DNA from: Bdellovibrionota bacterium
GTDB lineage: Bacteria; Bdellovibrionota_C; UBA2361; CALJRW01
Direction: 5' to 3'
DNA: 64,000 bases
Assembly: GCA_041740355.1 (NCBI GenBank)
Contig: JBGSMD010000030.1
Span: 120,994-184,993, forward strand
Every line of letters starts with the position of its first letter. Within the stretch, counting starts at the first letter, position 1. Below are positions 9,956-18,572 of this stretch, piece by piece. The position numbers and the translations under genes are program-made. The notes under the pieces are model-generated. The model was not told the origin of the DNA, did not search any database, and saw nothing but the letters and a program-made list of their open reading frames with translations.

Positions 9956-11017
9956 ATGAACGATACTCAAATCTCCGCTAAACTCTTAAATGCTGCGGAA
10001 TTATTCCACTACGCAAATAAATTTCGGGGACAACTCTTCGTGATTCTTTTTAAAAATCAGGCTGATTTTTTTAGTTTAATTAGCGATATAAAAGTTTTGC
10101 ATAAAGCTCAGATTAATTTGATTGTGGTCCTTGAGCAGGCTATGGATTTTGCTATGGTACAAGAGCATTGTCGCTTCGACCTTGAGTTTAAAACCTTAGA
10201 GATTACTGATTATTCCAAAAACACTGAGATCCTCATACTACAGGAACAAGGTTTTTGCCCTGTTGTAAATTTACACTTGGGTTCTACGATTGATTTGATT
10301 GAAGATCTGAACACTAAACGCTTAGTAAATAAGTTAATTTTTGCAGGGTCATATCAACCATTAATGATTGCTGATCAGGTGAAATATTTTATTTCTAAAG
10401 GTGATATGATTCAAAATGTTCAACATAATGAATCATATAAATTATTAACGGAGTATTTTCATTTACTAGATCATCAAACTGACTTAGTTTTAATTCCAGC
10501 AAAACAAGGGGAATTATTTCGGGAAATCTTTACCTACATGGGTGCCGGAACATTAATAACTGCTCAAACTGAAATATTATTTCAGACTGCCTTACTAAAA
10601 CAAGTTTCACAAATTTATTACATTTTACTGACCTATGTAGATGAAGGTTTAATTCTGCCCATTAGCGAAAAGGAAATAGCCGAAAGAATTAATGATTTTT
10701 TTGTGCTCAGTATTGATGAGGAAGTAATCGGGGTTGTATCAATCAAGATTTACGAGCAAGCGGCGGAAGTCGCCAAGCTTTGTACGCTCCCTAGATATAG
10801 AAATAAGGGTTTAGCCAGTAGTTTGATTCAACAAGTTATTGCTTATTGTCAGGAGCGCGATTTGGATTACTTGTTTGCCTTAAGCCGTAATAAAAATGTC
10901 TTGGATATTTTTAGAAGCTTTGGATTTCAAGATTGTGAGAGAGAGGAGTTGCCTTTGACATGGCAAGCTGGTTACGATTTTGCAAGGCCCTCCAAGTCTT
11001 GTCGCTTGAAAATCTAG
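9956..11017 (+). CDS. argA: N-acetylglutamate synthase-like protein (degenerate amino-acid-kinase domain + GNAT)
   Basis: N-terminal YANKFRGQLFVI and linker GELFREIFTYMGAGTLI resemble ArgA; C-terminal GNAT AEVAKLCTLPRYRNKGLAS ending RPSK. Confidence 0.65.
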   Translation: MNDTQISAKLLNAAELFHYANKFRGQLFVILFKNQADFFSLISDIKVLHKAQINLIVVLEQAMDFAMVQEHCRFDLEFKTLEITDYSKNTEILILQEQGFCPVVNLHLGSTIDLIEDLNTKRLVNKLIFAGSYQPLMIADQVKYFISKGDMIQNVQHNESYKLLTEYFHLLDHQTDLVLIPAKQGELFREIFTYMGAGTLITAQTEILFQTALLKQVSQIYYILLTYVDEGLILPISEKEIAERINDFFVLSIDEEVIGVVSIKIYEQAAEVAKLCTLPRYRNKGLASSLIQQVIAYCQERDLDYLFALSRNKNVLDIFRSFGFQDCEREELPLTWQAGYDFARPSKSCRLKI

Positions 11018-11071
11018 GGGTTTGATTTTATTTTTCTACGGCAAAAAATAGCTAAGCTATTATTTTGCTCT

Positions 11072-11118
11072 CCGACCGGCATTCATTTTTTATTTAAAAA
11101 TAGATGCCGGTCGGTTTA
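11072..11118 (+). terminator. Stem-loop downstream of alr-argA (candidate terminator)
   Basis: CCGACCGGCAT...ATGCCGGTCGG 11-bp inverted repeat followed by a short T run; a second hairpin lies at 11041-11068. Confidence 0.5.
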
Positions 11119-11314
11119 TACTTGCTTTATCTTTCCTAAATGACTAGTATCATTACTTATTTGATATTTAACCAAGAATTCCTATAATTAGTATGAATTT
11201 TAAGGTTATGCGGTTAATAAAATAATGCGATATTGTATTTTACCTGAAAATCGAGTTAGCTTAGCTCTCAAAAGGTAAAACAGCTTAAACGTCATTATAA
11301 TTTAATTTGTTGTT

Positions 11315-11611
11315 ATGAATAAATCTGAACTCATTGAAAAATTAGCAATTAAATCAAACATCAGTATTCTACAGGCTGAAGAGATCATTAACTTAATCTT
11401 TCGAAAGATGCGTGATACCTTGGTGAGTGATGGAAGAATTGAAATCCGTGGTTTCGGTAGTTTTGTTGTTAAAAAATACCAATCCTATAAAGGGCGAAAC
11501 CCTAAGACTGGTGATGAAATTCCAGTTCCTGATAAGAGATTGCCAGCTTTTAAAGTAGGTAAAGAATTAAAAGAGCGAGTCGATGCCTATCGCAAGCCTG
11601 GTGAGTCGTAG
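11315..11611 (+). CDS. ihfB: Integration host factor subunit beta (HU/IHF family)
   Basis: MNKSELIE...GRIEIRGFGSF...GRNPKTG...PAFKVGKELKERV. Confidence 0.93.
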   Translation: MNKSELIEKLAIKSNISILQAEEIINLIFRKMRDTLVSDGRIEIRGFGSFVVKKYQSYKGRNPKTGDEIPVPDKRLPAFKVGKELKERVDAYRKPGES

Positions 11612-11618
11612 TTCTAAG

Positions 11619-11906
11619 ATGCATTTACCACAAAGAATCAAAGTTCAAGCCTTACTTCAATCTAGATACAGTGTGGAGCAGTGTAATGATTTTTCTGGAT
11701 TAAATCGTCCTGCGAATTGGGATAACCGCGTATCTGGGCAGGATCAAATATTAACTACTGAAGGCCATGAAATTCTCCTAAGGTCTAATGGTGCGCAGTC
11801 TACACCGAAGGTTGGTTGGGTTCTGTTATTAACTTCGGGCAATCCCGCCGAAGGTTATGACTGGACATTGTATGGTATCCCTAAAGTTGTTCAGAATCAG
11901 TCGTAA
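11619..11906 (+). CDS. Small hypothetical protein downstream of ihfB
   Basis: ORF track gives 11583; ATG 11619 avoids overlap with ihfB; globular-looking composition. Confidence 0.65.
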   Translation: MHLPQRIKVQALLQSRYSVEQCNDFSGLNRPANWDNRVSGQDQILTTEGHEILLRSNGAQSTPKVGWVLLLTSGNPAEGYDWTLYGIPKVVQNQS

Positions 11907-11958
11907 AAGATCTACCGCTTATTAAAATAAATTCTTATTAGATAAGTCTTTTGGGGGG

Positions 11959-12106
11959 ATATAGTTATTACAAAAAATAAATTACGTATAAATAAAATAG
12001 CGTAGCTTGTTTTTTGTAATAACTATATGTTTTTACTACGCTTGCGGGGGATAGAAAGCCCCAAAAAGTAGTTTCCTTACGTAAATTACTTTTTGGACTT
12101 TCTATA
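11959..12106. repeat. Palindromic repeat mosaic (module A + module B)
   Basis: A: ATATAGTTATTACAAAAAA / TTTTTTGTAATAACTATAT perfect 19-bp inverted repeat. B: 12046-12106 matches 51865-51925 at 60 of 61 nt. Confidence 0.9.
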
Positions 12107-12135
12107 CTCAGTTTTTTAAATTTTATAAATGAAGC

Positions 12136-13140
12136 ATGAAAATTACTAATCCGAAAATTGCCATTGTTGGATGTACTGGGGTTGTTGGTACCGAGATGTT
12201 AAATGTCTTAAAGGAACGTAATTTTCCTTATGCCGAGATTCGACTATTAGCTTCAGCTAATTCGGCTGGCGAATTATATGATTTTGATGATCAAGAATTG
12301 ATCGTTGAAGAGTTAAATGAAAATTCTTTTGAACAGGTTGATATTGCATTATTTGCTACAAGTGCCGAATTATCTGCTAAGTATGTTCCTTGTGCTCAAA
12401 AAGCGGGTGCAATTTCGATTGATAACTCTAGCTATTATCGGATGGATCCGAATGTTCCACTTATTGTGCCGGAGGTAAATGCCCACGCTATTCAAGCAAG
12501 TGATTTTATTATTGCCAATCCAAATTGCTCCACGATTCAGTTAGTTCCAGTTCTAAAAGCTTTAGAAAAAGCCGCGGGAATAAAGCGAGTAGTTGTTTCT
12601 ACCTATCAGGCAGTATCTGGGGCAGGAAAAGCAGCGATGGAAGAACTTTGGCAACAGACTGTTGGGATTTTAAATCAAAAAGAAGTTGCGCCAGAAGCAT
12701 TTTTACACCAAATTGCGTTTAACTGCATTCCTCAAATTGATGTTTTTCGTGAGGATGGTTATTCCAAAGAAGAAGCCAAAGTGATGGCAGAGAGCCGCAA
12801 GATTTTAGAGTTACCTGAACTTGCTATAACCTGCACTGCCGTTCGTGTTCCAGTTTTTAATTCTCATGCCGAGAGTGTTAATGTGGAGTTAAAACAAGAT
12901 TTATCTTGGGAAGATTTAATAGCCAAGTTAAAAGATACTCCTGGTGTTAATGTTTCGACTGATGCCAGTGACTATCCAATGCAGATTAATGTATCTGGTA
13001 CCGATGAAATTTTTGTCGGTCGAATTCGTCGTGATACTTCAGTTCCTTATGGTTATAATTTTTGGATTGTCGCGGATAATCTCAAAAAAGGTGCGGCACT
13101 TAATGCTGTGCAGATTGCCGAATTATTAATTGCCAAATAG
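12136..13140 (+). CDS. asd: Aspartate-semialdehyde dehydrogenase
   Basis: IVGCTGVVG, IDNSSYYRMDPNVPLIVPEVN, IIANPNCSTIQ, STYQAVSGAG, VRVPVFNSH, ADNLKKGAALNAVQIAE. Confidence 0.97.
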   Translation: MKITNPKIAIVGCTGVVGTEMLNVLKERNFPYAEIRLLASANSAGELYDFDDQELIVEELNENSFEQVDIALFATSAELSAKYVPCAQKAGAISIDNSSYYRMDPNVPLIVPEVNAHAIQASDFIIANPNCSTIQLVPVLKALEKAAGIKRVVVSTYQAVSGAGKAAMEELWQQTVGILNQKEVAPEAFLHQIAFNCIPQIDVFREDGYSKEEAKVMAESRKILELPELAITCTAVRVPVFNSHAESVNVELKQDLSWEDLIAKLKDTPGVNVSTDASDYPMQINVSGTDEIFVGRIRRDTSVPYGYNFWIVADNLKKGAALNAVQIAELLIAK

Positions 13141-13143
13141 TTA

Positions 13144-13905
13144 TTGCTCAATCGATATGCCATGCTCAATTACAAGATTATTTTGGAGTATGATGGTTCT
13201 AGTTTTCAAGGCTGGCACCAACAAAAAAACCAGGCTTCGATCTCACAAGAATTATTAAAAACTTTGGCCATCATTTTGCCGTCTCCAGTGAATGAGATAT
13301 TTGCTTCGGGACGAACGGATTCGGGAGTACATGCCAGAGGACAGGTGGCAAATTTTCATTATCCCGATAATCTTGATCTACAGGCCTTAGCGCTTAGCAT
13401 TAGCAGTTTATTACGTGGTCGAGTAGCTGTTATCGGAATAGAGATAGTTCCCGACGATTTTCATGCCCGTTACTCAGCTATAGGGAAAACTTATAGTTAT
13501 CAAATTTTAAATCGTGCTGCGCCACCAACAATCAATCGAAATCAAGTTTGGCATGTTCCACAAAAATTAAATTTAGAATTAATGCAATTGCAATCTAAAG
13601 ATTTAATTGGTGAACACGACTTCACTAGTTTTCGTGCGAGCAATTGTGAAGCCAAGTCTGCTATTCGAACAATTACTGAAATTAATTTTCAAGTTAATGG
13701 GGATCTAATTCGAATTGAAGTCTCGGGAGAGGGGTTTTTAAAGCAAATGGTAAGAAATATAGTTGGTACACTGGTCGATTTTGGAATGGGTAGTAGCCGA
13801 CTAAAAAACTCTTCCATTAAACAAATTTTAGATTCTAAGGATCGACATCTAGCTGGACAAACCGCCCCAGCAGAGGGACTCTGTTTGGAACAAGTTTTTT
13901 ACTAA
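13144..13905 (+). CDS. truA: tRNA pseudouridine(38-40) synthase
   Basis: EYDGSSFQGW, SGRTDSGVHA, FHARYSA, GEHDFTSF, GFLKQMVRNIVG, TAPAEGL. The start may be ATG 13162. Confidence 0.96.
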   Translation: MLNRYAMLNYKIILEYDGSSFQGWHQQKNQASISQELLKTLAIILPSPVNEIFASGRTDSGVHARGQVANFHYPDNLDLQALALSISSLLRGRVAVIGIEIVPDDFHARYSAIGKTYSYQILNRAAPPTINRNQVWHVPQKLNLELMQLQSKDLIGEHDFTSFRASNCEAKSAIRTITEINFQVNGDLIRIEVSGEGFLKQMVRNIVGTLVDFGMGSSRLKNSSIKQILDSKDRHLAGQTAPAEGLCLEQVFY

Positions 13906-13961
13906 ATTAATATTTAGATTAGGCGAGATTGCCGTTAAATTAATAATTTCTAGATTTAATT

Positions 13962-15629
13962 CTATTCTTTTAGATCGTTAGCAAAATCCTCTGAGAAATC
14001 CAATTCGTCAGCATCAATCGTAAAGTTACCAAAGAGATAAGGAGTCAATTGTTTATTGGCTCTTTGAACTCCATAGCTAGTAGGGAGGGAGTTCGTATCA
14101 AGTTTGTCGGGCACAATAAAGTTTACACGTATACTCGTATTATCCGTATTTCGACGTCCAGATATTCTGATATTTCCTATTTGTGAGGTAATCTTATCTT
14201 TCGTACTAATTTCAAGCGTTGCCTCACCAAGAATAGTAAAGTCGGAAGTGCTTTCTTGCGTTAGCAGTGTTTTTGTAAGAGTTACTCTTCTTAGTTGTGG
14301 CTCAGGATTAGATGTGAGGGGAGGAGAGGCTTTAAATGTTAAATTTTGAATTTTACCTTGATTAAAATTAAGTGTGGCGTCAATGAAAACAGAGTTAACA
14401 TCTTTAAAAACAACTACTTGATCTGGGAGGGTCTTTTTAGGTGTCACTATAAGTTTCGGAGCTACAATAATTGGTGCGATCGGGCGCTTGTTAGCTTGAT
14501 ATTTTTCATAAATTAAATATCCAAAGATTCCCAAAGCAAGAAAAGGGAAAACGTAGAGGATAGTTACAAAATGATTCTTCTTACTTTTCTTCACAATCGT
14601 TCTTGTCACATATGGGGAATGAACAAGTTTTTGTTTAGTAAGATCGATCACCTCGCTTTTATAGTTTTGAGCAAATGCTTTTGGTTTGTTACCAACAGCT
14701 TCATCTACAGAATTTTTTAATTCGTACGTAGCTCGATTGTGATTATCTAGATGATTTGAGTTGTGAGAGAATGTTCCCACATCCTGAGTATTAATTTCAG
14801 CTAGGGCTTCGACCATTTCTAAACATGTTTGAAAGCGATCTTTGGGAGAGATTGTAATCGCGTGATTTATCCAAAGTGCAAGCTTTTCAGGACAGTCATT
14901 GCGGTACATTCGAGGATCGTATGGGTTGACTTGAGTTCGCTGTTGCATCTTAATAAAGATATTATCTCCGGGAAAAGGGTCGGTTCCTGTAACCATTTCA
15001 TAGGCGATAATGCCAAGGGCATAAATATCTGTTCTTTCGTCTACTTTTTGATATTGAATGTACTCTGGGGCGATGTAGTTGGTTGATCCAAGGAGTGCTC
15101 CTGTTTCGGTCATGCGAGAATTTTTATCGATCATCGAAATCCCAAAATCGGAAATTTTAACAACATTATCTTCCGTTATTAAAATATTTTCTGGCTTTAA
15201 ATCTCGGTGAATAATTCCGTGTCGGTGAAGTGCCGCAGTGCCGGCACACATTTGAAAAAGATAATCGATGATCAGTTCAATTGACAGTTGCGAATTAATC
15301 ATCATTTTATCTGCTAGATCTCCACCACGAATATACTCCATCGTATAACCAACTAGCGGATCTTCTTTGATAAATTCGTAAGCTCGAACTACGTTTTCAT
15401 GAGATACATTTAGGGCGGCAATAACTTCATTATGAAATCGCTTCATAATGGTTTCGTCGTTGGAAATCTCGGGCTTTAATACTTTCAAAACAAATAGCTT
15501 CTCTTGTAAATCTTTATGGGAGCAAAGATAAACATCTCCCATGGCTCCTTGTCCAAGAGCTGAAATAATTTTATAACGCCCAGAAATCATAGTGCCTGGA
15601 GTTATGCCTGAGAAATTTAAGTCATTCAC
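13962..15629 (-). CDS. Membrane-anchored Hanks-type Ser/Thr protein kinase
   Basis: LGQGAMGDVY, IIHRDLKPEN, KISDFG, YIAPE, DIYALG; one TM helix then an unrecognised extracytoplasmic domain; GTG start. Confidence 0.93.
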   Translation of the reverse strand: MNDLNFSGITPGTMISGRYKIISALGQGAMGDVYLCSHKDLQEKLFVLKVLKPEISNDETIMKRFHNEVIAALNVSHENVVRAYEFIKEDPLVGYTMEYIRGGDLADKMMINSQLSIELIIDYLFQMCAGTAALHRHGIIHRDLKPENILITEDNVVKISDFGISMIDKNSRMTETGALLGSTNYIAPEYIQYQKVDERTDIYALGIIAYEMVTGTDPFPGDNIFIKMQQRTQVNPYDPRMYRNDCPEKLALWINHAITISPKDRFQTCLEMVEALAEINTQDVGTFSHNSNHLDNHNRATYELKNSVDEAVGNKPKAFAQNYKSEVIDLTKQKLVHSPYVTRTIVKKSKKNHFVTILYVFPFLALGIFGYLIYEKYQANKRPIAPIIVAPKLIVTPKKTLPDQVVVFKDVNSVFIDATLNFNQGKIQNLTFKASPPLTSNPEPQLRRVTLTKTLLTQESTSDFTILGEATLEISTKDKITSQIGNIRISGRRNTDNTSIRVNFIVPDKLDTNSLPTSYGVQRANKQLTPYLFGNFTIDADELDFSEDFANDLKE

Positions 15630-15839
15630 TAGTCTATTTTCCTTATCTTTTTAACTGAACGAGGGCAATTTGTTTTACAGCCGATTGAAACTTAATTAGT
15701 TCATCGGTGCTTTCATTTTAAATCTTAAGCTTTAGGAAAATTTTGCTACTATCGGTTTATAACCCTTGGTAGCTAATTTGCAAGGAGATTTTCACTACTT
15801 ACACCTATTTTCCTAGCTAAAGCTTTGTCTTAAAACACC

Positions 15840-15974
15840 CTTGATTTGCCACCTTCGCCAAGGCTAAGGAGGCACGATGATTCAAGTTTGAATGCCTAAA
15901 GACATCAAATACAGTAAGCCCGACAGGAATTCCGAAAGAATTTTACGGAAATTACTTCTTGGGCTTACTTTATA
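15840..15974. repeat. Palindromic repeat mosaic (module C with REP-like hairpin + module B); reverse-complement copy of 47611-47745
   Basis: Reverse complement reads GGAATTCCTGTCGGGCTTACTGTATTTGATGTCTTTAGGCATTCAAACTTGAAT...CCTCCTTAGCCTTGGCGAAGGTGG, aligning with 47650-47733. Confidence 0.82.
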
Positions 15975-15991
15975 CTTTGAAATAGTCGTTT

Positions 15992-16906
15992 TTAATAGAG
16001 AAAAAATTCAGCTTGTTGGAGATGAATTTCATCGGCACCCAAGATTTTATTTAACAAGCTAAGCTTACTGCCAAAAATCTTTTTGAATCTAGCTAACTTA
16101 TCATCGCTATAAATCAATTTTGGTGTTTCATTTTTAGCAAGTGCCTCACCCTTTATTTCGTAAACGGCTCGAGCTGCGGCATAAATATCACCAATTTCAT
16201 CGGCCAGCCCCAATTTAACTGCCTCACTTCCTAGGATTAGTCGACCGTCGGCGTATTTTTTTACCTCTTCCACAGGTAAATTTCGACCTTCAGCAACATC
16301 ATTTAAGAATTGTTGGTAAATCTTATCAACAGTTCCTTGTAGGAACTCCCGATCCAAGTCTGTTAAAGCTCGAGTTGGATTGCCAACATCTTTTAACTGC
16401 CCACTTTTAATCGTTAAAAAATCAACTCCATACTTGTCGGTCAATTTATGGAAATTTGGAATTTGAACGATTACCCCAATCGACCCTGTCTGCGTTCCTG
16501 GTTGTAAGAATATCTTACTAGCTCCAAGTGCCGAATAAAGTCCACCGGAGGCAGCAACAGAACCCATTGATACTACAATCGGTTTAATTGATTTTAGTGT
16601 TTTGACTGCTGTGTAAATTTCTTGAGATGGTGCAACTGCGCCACCTGGGGAATCAATTCTTAGTACAATTCCGTCTACGCTGGAATCATTTGCTTGTTTA
16701 TATAAGTCTTCAACAATGGCTTTAGAGTCCATGATTGGCCCCAGAAGTTCAACCACGGCAATCTTATGTTTGTTCGGTAACAGAGTAGAAGAGTCATTGT
16801 TACTAGCAATCTTACCAATTGTAGTGGCAATTAAAACTGGAATCAAAAAAATGAAAATAAACAAAACTGTGAGAAATTTTGTTAACCAAAGAAGATAAGC
16901 TTTCAT
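15992..16906 (-). CDS. sppA: Signal peptide peptidase SppA (S49, short form)
   Basis: LRIDSPGGAV, VSMGSVAASGGLY, TGSIGVI, IKSGQLKD, ADGR. Confidence 0.93.
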   Translation of the reverse strand: MKAYLLWLTKFLTVLFIFIFLIPVLIATTIGKIASNNDSSTLLPNKHKIAVVELLGPIMDSKAIVEDLYKQANDSSVDGIVLRIDSPGGAVAPSQEIYTAVKTLKSIKPIVVSMGSVAASGGLYSALGASKIFLQPGTQTGSIGVIVQIPNFHKLTDKYGVDFLTIKSGQLKDVGNPTRALTDLDREFLQGTVDKIYQQFLNDVAEGRNLPVEEVKKYADGRLILGSEAVKLGLADEIGDIYAAARAVYEIKGEALAKNETPKLIYSDDKLARFKKIFGSKLSLLNKILGADEIHLQQAEFFLY

Positions 16907-16908
16907 AT

Positions 16909-17313
16909 TTATTTATTAAGTATAGTTAAGAAGACAATTAAGAACATACAAAGGCCTGTAACACCATGAATTACCATTGGTAGTTTAGATTCCTTGCTTG
17001 GGTTGCGAACCAGTTTAATCATTAAAATACTGGCAACAAAAAGAATTATTGCTAGGGTAAGCTTCCCATGAAACCAACCTTGGGTCATATAAAAGCCGAC
17101 GCCCTTATAAATTAGTTGGTAAAGACCAGTTAATAATGTCAAAATTAATCCTGGCAACATCCATCCAAAAACAATTTTTTTGGACCAAGCTGATACACTG
17201 GCAAGTTGATTATTTTTAGAAGACAAGGCTATGATACGTGAAGAGATTAAGAGACTTCCCGTCCACATGATAAATCCGATAATGTGAAGAGCGATTGAAA
17301 TTTTTAGTTCCAT
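16909..17313 (-). CDS. hemJ: HemJ/CopD-family membrane protein (probable protoporphyrinogen oxidase)
   Basis: Four TM helices; ALHIIGFIMWTG and GWFHGKLTL motifs. Confidence 0.6.
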   Translation of the reverse strand: MELKISIALHIIGFIMWTGSLLISSRIIALSSKNNQLASVSAWSKKIVFGWMLPGLILTLLTGLYQLIYKGVGFYMTQGWFHGKLTLAIILFVASILMIKLVRNPSKESKLPMVIHGVTGLCMFLIVFLTILNK

Positions 17314-17348
17314 TAGTTTTTGTTAGTTAAATTCCCTGAGACAGTATC

Positions 17349-17639
17349 ATGAGAGATAAGATAATTGAAGAGTTAAAAAAAATTGAAGATCCTGATGTAT
17401 TTTTAGACATTTGGTTTCTGGGGTTAATTTACGAAATTGATTATCAAGAGGCTGATGAATCAGTAAAAATAATGATGACTTTTACTACGCCATTATGTCC
17501 TTCTGGTCCAGATTTAGTTCAACAGGTAAATGACCGTTTATTAGATTTGGATGGTATTTCACAAGTAGAGGTGATAGTTACCTTTGATCCAGCTTGGCAG
17601 GCGAGTGAGGATGTTAAGGCGCTGTTGGGATTAATCTGA
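17349..17639 (+). CDS. SufT/PaaD-like (DUF59) metal-sulfur cluster assembly factor
   Basis: IEDPDVFLDIWFLGLIYEI, MTFTTPLCP, VTFDPAW. Confidence 0.88.
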   Translation: MRDKIIEELKKIEDPDVFLDIWFLGLIYEIDYQEADESVKIMMTFTTPLCPSGPDLVQQVNDRLLDLDGISQVEVIVTFDPAWQASEDVKALLGLI

Positions 17640-17688
17640 AAAATTCATTTTATTGCACCCTTTTTTAGCTCTGAATCGGGAAGAAGTG

Positions 17689-18063
17689 TTATCGGAGTGA
17701 GTTCTGCTTTTTAAGGAAATCTTGAACATCACTGATTGATTTAAACCACGGATTGTCATTAATCCTTGCGATTGTAGATAGTCTATTCAGTAGTTCTTCA
17801 CGACGCAAATCTCCCCGTGTTAAAATAATATTACCTTCAAGGGAAAAGGGTATGAATCCTAAGATCTTACGTTTAACTGTTGGAGGATCAAGAGTTGGAA
17901 TTAGTTCATAACCAGAGGAATCAAAGAAACTGTACTCGCCATTTTCTATATCTATAGCTTCATATTCTCGATGAAGGTTCTTTTCATCACTATGAACACT
18001 TAGGGTATTGTCGTCTAGTAAAACAAATATCATTTTTTGAGTTAGAAAAAAGGAAGTCGTCAT
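17689..18063 (-). CDS. Small acidic hypothetical protein
   Basis: 124-aa ORF (YEAIDIENGEYSFFDSSG); no assignable family. Confidence 0.65.
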   Translation of the reverse strand: MTTSFFLTQKMIFVLLDDNTLSVHSDEKNLHREYEAIDIENGEYSFFDSSGYELIPTLDPPTVKRKILGFIPFSLEGNIILTRGDLRREELLNRLSTIARINDNPWFKSISDVQDFLKKQNSLR

Positions 18064-18282
18064 ATACTTGGATTTAATACTATAATATCAGGCTTTTACG
18101 GGCAATCAAGAATTCATAAAGTATTGTTTTATTCACACTCCGTCTTCGCTAGAAGATATAAGAGAGTAGGAAGTCATTTATGGGCTTTGGCGCGGGAAAG
18201 TCTAAGTATTTTTTAGTTTGCTAGGCAAACATTTTTTGAAGACTTCCCTTTACTTAAAATTAAAATCTTGCTATTTTGCCAC

Positions 18283-18423
18283 CTGTATCAAGAGGGTGTG
18301 TTTCTGCATTGCACATCCAGCAACCTTTATAATTTAAAGGTGCTCGCAGTAAGTCCTTCGTTACTAATTAAGTTTTTAGTGATTGGAGTTAGGATATTGA
18401 TACGGTCATCACGACAAAAATTA
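18283..18423 (+). ncRNA. SAM-clan (SAM-I / SAM-I-IV-like) riboswitch
   Basis: P1 CTGTATC (18283-89) / GATACGG (18399-405) followed by AAGAG; P2 GGGTGTG/CACATCC; P3 AGCAACCTTTA/TAAAGGTGCT with the SAM-binding GCAACC...GGTGC motif; L2 CTGC can pair with J3/4 GCAG; upstream of a MetX-like gene. Confidence 0.85.
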
Positions 18424-18572
18424 GGATCAAGCTCTCACTTCTCCTAACTAAATTCGTATACCGGTTAACAATATAAGCCTGCTTAAGACTGTTTTTCTAG
18501 TGTTTTTTTCTGTTTTCGCTCGTTTTTTAAGCAACTTCTTTCTTGATACATGTATTTAGTTTTTGTACGTGT

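Noticed and set aside
15681-15707. Hairpin CCGAT...ATCGG upstream of the kinase gene
   Set aside because: Single imperfect stem with no riboswitch signature or T tract; cannot be assigned.
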